Shown here: piece by piece, positions 27,145 through 33,592 of the stretch
How positions within the stretch are numbered: position 1 is the first letter of the stretch
Layout of the letters: each line of letters opens with the position of its first letter
Source: a virus
Lineage: Duplodnaviria; Caudoviricetes
IMG/VR virus record: IMGVR_UViG_3300032243_000765
Location: 1 to 33,592 of that record
DNA length: 33,592 bases
Strand: one strand, 5' to 3'
Translations under genes and position numbers: made by a program
Notes under the pieces: generated by a model
Databases searched by the model: none
Told to the model about the DNA's origin: nothing
What the model saw: the letters and a program-made list of their open reading frames with translations, nothing else

Positions 27145-29090
27145 CCAAAAGAACTATAAGTTTTGTACAGCCTAACTTTCAACAAGGCCCTAAAGAGTTT
27201 AATGCTTACTATTTGCCCTATTCAGCAGGCGTGATACTGAGTTACGCCATGGGATTTGAGCACATACGTGCGGCATGGACTATAGATCAACTGATCTGGC
27301 GTAGAGAAGACATCGAAGAACTAGCACCCCGGTTGGCTAAGAATGACATTGTGGCATTCAGCACCTATGTATGGAATCATAGATACAACTATAAACTGGC
27401 TCGACGCATTAAAGAAATCAATCCGGCTGTGACAATTATATTCGGCGGGCCTGAACCTGCCATTGAAGACCCTGAACTGTTTAGCAAAGAGCCTTTCATG
27501 GATCTGGTCAGCAAGATGGAAGGTGAAATCACCTTCAAACGCATACTTGAAGACTTTGATACAGACTTCACTCACATACCCGGCTTGCTGATCAACACCC
27601 CCAATGGTTTGGTCAACACCGGTGACTGTGCTAGAATTGACGACTTGGATCAAATTCCCAGTCCTTACCTTACTGGCATATTTGATAAAATTATTGAAGA
27701 AAATCCTGACGTGATCTGGAATGCCACCCTGGAGACCAATCGTGGATGTCCTTATCAGTGTACATTTTGTGACTGGGGCAGTCTCACATACAACAAGGTC
27801 AAGAAGTTTGAACTCACGCGAGTATTCCACGAAATGGACTGGATCGGTGCCAACTGTGGCTTTGTCACAATTACAGATGCCAACTTTGGTATGTTTGTGG
27901 AACGTGACAACATGATTGTGGACAAACTAATTGAAGTACAGAAACGTTGGGGTCGGCTGGCATCATTCTCCATGACCTGGGCCAAGAATCAAAAGAACGA
28001 AGTTGTGGACATTGTGAAGAAATTGATCCGTGAAAGTCCCAACTTTGGCCAAGGCCTTACTGTGAGTGTGCAATCAATGGACCATGATGTGTTGGAAAAC
28101 ATCAAGCGTAGAAATCTAGACCAACACAAGATTGATGAAATTTTTGCCTTGTGCGATCGCAACAACATTCCTGTGTACACAGAGTTAATTCTGGGCTTGC
28201 CTGGAGAAACTGTACAGACATGGAAAGATGCATTTTGGAAAATCTTCCGCGCAGGTAATCACACTGGCATAAACATTCTACAGGCACAGTTGTTGGAAAA
28301 CGCCGAAATGAATCTGCTACAAAAACGCATGTGGAAGATTGATTCAGTTCCTGTGTATGACTACATGAGTGGTAGTTATGGAGATGCTGACCTCAACGAA
28401 TGTGTGGATGTGGTTGTAAGCACCAAAGATATTCCCCGGGAAGAAATGTTAGACACCTTGGTCTGGAACAGTTTTATTCAAACGTTTCACATCAACGGCT
28501 TGACCACATACATTGCCAGATACTTGGACAAAGCCCATGGTATTGAATACAGTAAGTTTTATGATGACTTGTATCAATGGGTGCAAAAGGATGCCTGGTT
28601 CCGTGAACAGTTTGAAGAAACTCGCAACTACTTTGCCAACTGGACCAAGCAAGGATCTATTGATCATCCACCTATTGGAAACATTCAAGTGTTTGGATGG
28701 AATCTAGTACACCGTACCACTCTATACATGCAAAAACAAGATCGAGTGGCATATGTGTTCGATAGTGTTGACAGATTTGTAAAAAGTCATTATAATATTG
28801 ACAAGGACATATTAGATCAACTCATGCAGTTTCAACGGAACTATGTGATTGATTATCGTGATCTTAAATCATTGCCGATAAAACAACAGTTTGATTATGA
28901 TTTCCTTGGCTATATTTTAGACAACGAACCAATCAAACAAAAATGTATCTACATGTTTGACACTCCAGAAGATCAAGACATGAGTATGGATCGTTTTCTT
29001 GAAAACATGTATTTTGCTAGAAAGAGAAACTTTGGAAAAACAACTATCACCCGAGACAGCATCCACAACGCAGAACTTGCCCGAGCGTGA
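27141..29090 (+). CDS. Cobalamin-binding radical SAM protein
   Basis: N-terminal B12-binding-like region (FSTYVWN, IIFGGPE, EGEITF); RGCPYQCTFCDW; ITDANFG; ELILGLPGET. Confidence 0.88.
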   Translation: MTKRTISFVQPNFQQGPKEFNAYYLPYSAGVILSYAMGFEHIRAAWTIDQLIWRREDIEELAPRLAKNDIVAFSTYVWNHRYNYKLARRIKEINPAVTIIFGGPEPAIEDPELFSKEPFMDLVSKMEGEITFKRILEDFDTDFTHIPGLLINTPNGLVNTGDCARIDDLDQIPSPYLTGIFDKIIEENPDVIWNATLETNRGCPYQCTFCDWGSLTYNKVKKFELTRVFHEMDWIGANCGFVTITDANFGMFVERDNMIVDKLIEVQKRWGRLASFSMTWAKNQKNEVVDIVKKLIRESPNFGQGLTVSVQSMDHDVLENIKRRNLDQHKIDEIFALCDRNNIPVYTELILGLPGETVQTWKDAFWKIFRAGNHTGINILQAQLLENAEMNLLQKRMWKIDSVPVYDYMSGSYGDADLNECVDVVVSTKDIPREEMLDTLVWNSFIQTFHINGLTTYIARYLDKAHGIEYSKFYDDLYQWVQKDAWFREQFEETRNYFANWTKQGSIDHPPIGNIQVFGWNLVHRTTLYMQKQDRVAYVFDSVDRFVKSHYNIDKDILDQLMQFQRNYVIDYRDLKSLPIKQQFDYDFLGYILDNEPIKQKCIYMFDTPEDQDMSMDRFLENMYFARKRNFGKTTITRDSIHNAELARA

Positions 29091-29916
29091 CCCCACCGTA
29101 GACATCAGTATCTTATTACCTGTACGTGGCAGGCCTGAGCCCATGGAAAAGTGTTTGCACACCTTGATTGATCTTGCAAAAAATCCCGAACGTATTGAAG
29201 TGCTAATTGCGTTTGATGATGATGACACAGATACTATTGCGTATTTTGTGGACAATATCGCGTCCTACTTGGATGACATGGATGTGCGTTATAGTGCGTT
29301 GCAATTCAAACGCTTGGGATATATCAGACTCAACGAATATCTAAACGAACTAGCCAAACATAGCCACGGTGCTTGGATGTTCTTTTGGAATGATGACGCT
29401 GTAATGACCACACCGGATTGGGATCAGGCAATCATGGACCATGATGGCAAGTTTGCATTGTTACGTGCAGAAACCAATCATGAGCATCCTTATGCAATAT
29501 TTCCCATTGTGCCACGCAAATGGGTAGAGATTACCGGACACTTGAGTCCACATCAGATCAATGATGCTTGGGTAAGTCAAGTGGCCTGGATGTTGGATAT
29601 TGTTAAAAATATTCCGGTTATGGTCAATCATGAACGCTATGATCTTACTGGCAAGAATGGTGATGATGTCTATAAAAATCGTCCCATGTTAGAAGGCAAT
29701 CCATCAAATCCCAAAGACTTCAATCACATAAACTGGCGCAAGACTAGAATTGATGAATGCATGAAGTTGGCTCAGCACCTTGCACCACTAGGACATGACA
29801 TGACTCATTTCAAATGGGGTGTTGAAGGTGTAGATGATCAAGGCAATGAATATGACATCTGGTGTAAAATGAATCTCGCAGATCCCCACAAACGCTTAAA
29901 ACAATGGAAATCCTAA
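29077..29916 (+). CDS. GT-A/GT2-like glycosyltransferase (paralog of 26317-27144)
   Basis: DISILLPVRGR, WMFFWNDDA and HPYAIFPIVPR. Start is uncertain: TTG 29077 is preferred by paralog length; the track gives 28999. Confidence 0.75.
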   Translation: MPERDPTVDISILLPVRGRPEPMEKCLHTLIDLAKNPERIEVLIAFDDDDTDTIAYFVDNIASYLDDMDVRYSALQFKRLGYIRLNEYLNELAKHSHGAWMFFWNDDAVMTTPDWDQAIMDHDGKFALLRAETNHEHPYAIFPIVPRKWVEITGHLSPHQINDAWVSQVAWMLDIVKNIPVMVNHERYDLTGKNGDDVYKNRPMLEGNPSNPKDFNHINWRKTRIDECMKLAQHLAPLGHDMTHFKWGVEGVDDQGNEYDIWCKMNLADPHKRLKQWKS

Positions 29917-29917
29917 C

Positions 29918-30700
29918 GTGAATAATAATCAACTGATCGACCGTATAAAGAACTACTGGAACACTCAACCCTGTAATGTCAAACACAGCCTAAGTGAACC
30001 TGGCACAGAACAATACTGGAATGAGATAAGTGAGCGTAGATACTTTGTGGAACCGCACCTGCGTGACCTAGCCAGTTTTCATTTGTGGCGTGGCAAACGT
30101 GTGTTAGAAGTGGGTTCAGGCATTGGGTCGGACGCTGTGGAATTTGTGCGTCACGGTGCTGAATATGTGGGCATTGATCTTTCGGCAGAATCTGTAGCCA
30201 TGAGTCGACAGCGATTCGACTTGTTTGGTCTTGATGGTGAATTTCATGTGATGGATGCGGCTGATACCAAGGCCATGGCCGCCTTGGGCCAATTTGATTT
30301 GGTATACTCATGTGGTGTACTACATCACTATCCGGACATGACCACTTGCCTTGACAACATTCACACAGCACTTGACCCGGATGGTGAATTTAGAATGTTG
30401 GTGTATGCAAAGAATTCCTGGAAGTATGCCATGATTCGAAAAGGTCTAGATCAGTTCGAAGCACAAGCAGGCTGTCCATATGCACAAGCCTACTCAAACG
30501 AGGACATATACGAACTGTTAAAAGGCAAATTTGAGGTGCTAAGGATTAGACAATCGCATTGTTTCATGTATAATGTACCCAAGTACCGACAAGGTATCTA
30601 TGAACTAGAGCCTTGGTTTGCGGCCATGTCAGAAGAAATGCGCGAGGCCGTGCGAGAATATCTAGGTTGGCATTTGTTAATTAAAGCAAAGAAAATATGA
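29918..30700 (+). CDS. Class I SAM-dependent methyltransferase
   Basis: VLEVGSGIG, GIDLS and FDLVYSCGVLHH. Confidence 0.88.
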   Translation: MNNNQLIDRIKNYWNTQPCNVKHSLSEPGTEQYWNEISERRYFVEPHLRDLASFHLWRGKRVLEVGSGIGSDAVEFVRHGAEYVGIDLSAESVAMSRQRFDLFGLDGEFHVMDAADTKAMAALGQFDLVYSCGVLHHYPDMTTCLDNIHTALDPDGEFRMLVYAKNSWKYAMIRKGLDQFEAQAGCPYAQAYSNEDIYELLKGKFEVLRIRQSHCFMYNVPKYRQGIYELEPWFAAMSEEMREAVREYLGWHLLIKAKKI

Positions 30701-31554
30701 GTAAACTCAAAATAGCAGAATTATTTTATTCGATCCAGGGTGAAGGTCGATACATGGGTGTGCCGTCGGTGTTCTTGAGAACATTTGGGTGCAACTTCAC
30801 TTGTGGCGGTTTTGGTATGCCACGTGGTGAGATGAGTGTGGAGCGTGATGCTATTGCAGAACGCATGATTGATTTCAAAGATTACAATGAATTGCCTTTG
30901 GTATCAACTGGCTGTGACAGTTATGCAAGTTGGGATCCAAGATTTAAAGATTTAAGTCCCATGCTAGAAACAGATGCTATTGTACATCGTATAATGGAAA
31001 TACTCCCACATAAACGATGGGAAGATGAACATTTAGTTATTACAGGTGGTGAACCTTTATTAGGATGGCAACGTGCATATCCAGACTTGTTGAATCATCC
31101 AAGCATGAGCAGACTTCGAGAAATCACATTTGAAACTAATGGCACTCAGCGGTTAGATGATGTATTCAAACAATACTTGCACACATGGACTTTTCATCAT
31201 GACCAAGACTTCTATAGAGAAGTAACATTTAGTGTGAGTGCTAAGTTGCCTGGTTCAGGTGAGTCATGGGCTGATGCTATTTGTCCAGATGTGGTATGTG
31301 AATATGAAGAATATGGTTATACATACTTGAAATTGGTGGTAGCAACAGAACAGGATCTAGCAGATGCAGAGCGAGCAGTTGAAGAATATCGTGCGGCAGG
31401 GTTTACAGGCCCTGTGTATGTCATGCCTGTTGGTGGTGTTGAGCGGGTGTATACCCTTAACAATCGTGCAGTGGCAGAAATGGCAATGCGAAAAGGCTGG
31501 CGGTACAGTGATAGATTACAAGTGCCACTCTTTAAAAACGAATGGGGAACCTGA
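30697..31554 (+). CDS. queE: 7-carboxy-7-deazaguanine synthase (radical SAM)
   Basis: FYSIQGEG, VFLRTFGCNFTC...GCDS, VITGGEPLL, ETNGT, SVSAKL and YSDRLQ. Confidence 0.9.
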   Translation: MSKLKIAELFYSIQGEGRYMGVPSVFLRTFGCNFTCGGFGMPRGEMSVERDAIAERMIDFKDYNELPLVSTGCDSYASWDPRFKDLSPMLETDAIVHRIMEILPHKRWEDEHLVITGGEPLLGWQRAYPDLLNHPSMSRLREITFETNGTQRLDDVFKQYLHTWTFHHDQDFYREVTFSVSAKLPGSGESWADAICPDVVCEYEEYGYTYLKLVVATEQDLADAERAVEEYRAAGFTGPVYVMPVGGVERVYTLNNRAVAEMAMRKGWRYSDRLQVPLFKNEWGT

Positions 31555-31949
31555 TGGGATTTTGGGACCGATTTAAAAAGACGCAGTCAGCACCGGCTCC
31601 TGCACCGCGGGCTGAACCCAAACCTAAAGCGCCAGAGAAGACCGAAAAGCAACTGGCTACCGAACGTGGAGAACCTTGGGTGGCAATTCTCAGCATGGAT
31701 ATTGATCCAGAGAACCTGCACCAAGGCGCATTTGAATTGGACTGGAACGACAAGTTCATATCCAATCTTATCCGTGCAGGATACCAACTCAAGAAAGAAG
31801 ATACTGACGCAGAGATTGTGGACCGCTGGTTCCAAAATGTTTGCCGACATGTTGTAATGGAAACTTGGGAACAAGAAGAAGCCATGAAGAAATCAGGCAT
31901 TTATGTTCGTGCCACAGATATTGGTAACGGACGCACGGAAGTTTCATGA
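31554..31949 (+). CDS. Hypothetical phage protein
   Basis: Start MGFWDRFKK overlaps the queE stop (TGATG); Pro/Ala/Lys linker followed by GAFELDWNDKF. Confidence 0.7.
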   Translation: MGFWDRFKKTQSAPAPAPRAEPKPKAPEKTEKQLATERGEPWVAILSMDIDPENLHQGAFELDWNDKFISNLIRAGYQLKKEDTDAEIVDRWFQNVCRHVVMETWEQEEAMKKSGIYVRATDIGNGRTEVS

Positions 31950-32635
31950 TCTCGGAAATTTTTGTTAATGGTGACAGTTTCTCTGCCCCTGCCCAGGACG
32001 TTGTGCCATATTCCGTACATCTTGGACAAATGTTCAATGTTCCGGTTACGAATTTTGCTGTGGCAGGCAGTTCAAATGACAGATTATTTCGTTCTACGTT
32101 AGAATATTGTCTAAATCTTTCGGATCAACAAACACCATTGATAGTGATTGGATTTAGTTTTATTGACAGGGAAGAAACTTGGATCGATGAGCCTTCCAAA
32201 TGGCATGAACAAGCGAGAGATTTTACTGGGTCAAAATTTCTAAGCACTATGTGGTTAACCAATCAAACTGTAGATGAAACTACTATGCATCTGATCATAG
32301 ATCAAAATATAAACCAACAAATGATAAATTTTTATACTAAATTGTTCATGTTTACTCAAACTTTAAAACAATTAAAGATACCGTATTTTATATTTTCAGC
32401 GGCAAGCAATCAAGATTTTAAAAAATTAGATTGGACATGTTTAAAAAATTTAAACATGTATAATTATGTCCAGAAAGATGCTTGTGTGCTTGATATACAT
32501 GGTTTCAACATGAGAATTTGGGCAGAAACCAATCGGGTACCTATTAATACTTACGGCTATTTGACTAATGACAGTCATAAAAAATTTGCCGGATTTTTAC
32601 ATGGTCAAATAAATGATACTTTATGTAAACGGTGA
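31946..32635 (+). CDS. SGNH-like protein
   Basis: VNGDSFS and NFAVAGSSNDR; C-terminal GYLTNDSH. Confidence 0.65.
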   Translation: MISEIFVNGDSFSAPAQDVVPYSVHLGQMFNVPVTNFAVAGSSNDRLFRSTLEYCLNLSDQQTPLIVIGFSFIDREETWIDEPSKWHEQARDFTGSKFLSTMWLTNQTVDETTMHLIIDQNINQQMINFYTKLFMFTQTLKQLKIPYFIFSAASNQDFKKLDWTCLKNLNMYNYVQKDACVLDIHGFNMRIWAETNRVPINTYGYLTNDSHKKFAGFLHGQINDTLCKR

Positions 32636-33314
32636 TAGTCACACTGCGGCTGCCGAAGCAGTGAACTGTTATGCCTTTGCAGAAGATGATGGCTTGTATT
32701 ACGGATTGGGTCGTAGGCCACATCCAGATAACGAGCGTGTGAGTTGGGGTTGTGAATTGGCCAATCACCTCCGAGCCATATTGCACTGTGATGCAGAAAG
32801 TGCTTCTAGCAATGCCCGTATCATGCGCACCACACGTGCCTGGTTACAAAAGCAAGACAGTCTCAAAGATACGCTAGTTGTCATACAATGGTCAACTTGG
32901 GAACGTCAAGAATGGTTGCACGATAACATCTGGTATCAAGTCAACGCTAGTGGTGTAGATGATGTGCCCGAGGATCTACAAGATCGATATCGAAGATTCA
33001 TCACCGATGTCAACTGGGCCGGTGCAAGACAACACGCACACAATGAAATTTATCAGTTTCATAAAGAACTGCACCTTAATGGTGTTCGCCATGTGTTCTT
33101 TAATGGAAACTCAGATTTCTCGGATATGGCAAATCGTCACGACTGGGGTGTGAACTACATGGCACCTTATGATCCTGCCCAAACCTACAATAATGTGCTC
33201 AAAAACAACGGTTTCAAAACGGTACGCCCAGATTCCTGGCATTTTGGTGAGGCAGCCCATTGCTTTTGGGCAGAACATGTGCTAAACTACATCAAACACA
33301 ACAACTTGGTTTGA
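32613..33314 (+). CDS. SGNH-like protein
   Basis: VNGDSHT, SASSNARI, IQWSTWER and WHFGEAAH. Confidence 0.65.
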   Translation: MILYVNGDSHTAAAEAVNCYAFAEDDGLYYGLGRRPHPDNERVSWGCELANHLRAILHCDAESASSNARIMRTTRAWLQKQDSLKDTLVVIQWSTWERQEWLHDNIWYQVNASGVDDVPEDLQDRYRRFITDVNWAGARQHAHNEIYQFHKELHLNGVRHVFFNGNSDFSDMANRHDWGVNYMAPYDPAQTYNNVLKNNGFKTVRPDSWHFGEAAHCFWAEHVLNYIKHNNLV

Positions 33315-33316
33315 AC

Positions 33317-33592
33317 ATGAAATATCTGCTGATCGATACTGCCAACACATTTTTTCGTGCCCGTCATTCGGCTTTTAGAGCCGCGGATCCTTGGGAAAAG
33401 GTAGGCTATGCGTTACACATTGTGATGAGTAGTATCAACAAGGTACACCGCAAATTCAACGCAGATCACGTGGTGTTTGCACTAGAGGGTCGCTCGTGGC
33501 GCAAAGACTACTACGAGCCCTACAAGAAGAATCGTGCTGTGGCCCGTGCGGCGCTCACAGAAACCGAAAAGGAAGAAGATCAGTTGTTCTGG
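33317..33592 (+). CDS. rnh: RNase H / 5'-3' exonuclease (T4 rnh-like), 3'-partial
   Basis: MKYLLIDTANTFFRARH...VVFALEGRSWRKDYYEPYKKNR is the N-terminus of the FEN/5'-nuclease family; it runs off the window end and is missing from the ORF track. Confidence 0.85.
   Translation, partial: MKYLLIDTANTFFRARHSAFRAADPWEKVGYALHIVMSSINKVHRKFNADHVVFALEGRSWRKDYYEPYKKNRAVARAALTETEKEEDQLFW

Noticed and set aside
1023-32786. Numerous short minus-strand and alternate-frame ORFs in the track
   Set aside because: They overlap well-supported + strand genes and show no recognisable motifs; treated as shadow ORFs.
1-33592. Stop-codon reassignment (alternative genetic code)
   Set aside because: Conserved genes are full length and densely packed under the standard bacterial code, with TAA, TGA and TAG all ending genes.

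Overview
A 33.6 kb segment of a large T4-like or jumbo tailed phage genome. All credible genes are on the + strand, and many are coupled by ATGA/TAATG stop-start overlaps. A replication core (family B DNA polymerase, probable sliding clamp, dsDNA-binding protein, start of an RNase H/5'-3' exonuclease) is interleaved with a 7-deazaguanine DNA-modification set: a TGT/DpdA-like transglycosylase, FolE, QueD, QueE and a second QueD-like protein with an LxxxHRHxF motif (DpdL-like). No QueC is seen in the window. Between these sit many mostly AT-rich accessory genes from a few recurring glycan-tailoring families (SGNH-like esterases, SAM methyltransferases, sulfotransferase-like proteins, glycosyltransferases, radical SAM enzymes, GalE, a DegT-like protein). 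The most unusual element is ORF 664-2439: unrelated protein modules (GNAT-like, unknown, RyR-like) separated by four in-frame copies of a nucleotide-invariant TGTGGCGGAAG repeat encoding Q-x-V-A-E, followed by a GC-rich structured intergenic RNA candidate. I infer a cassette-exchange polyprotein, possibly cut by the prohead protease. A duplicated pseudoknot-like leader in front of queD is a riboswitch-like candidate. All assignments come from motif reading only; no searches were run.
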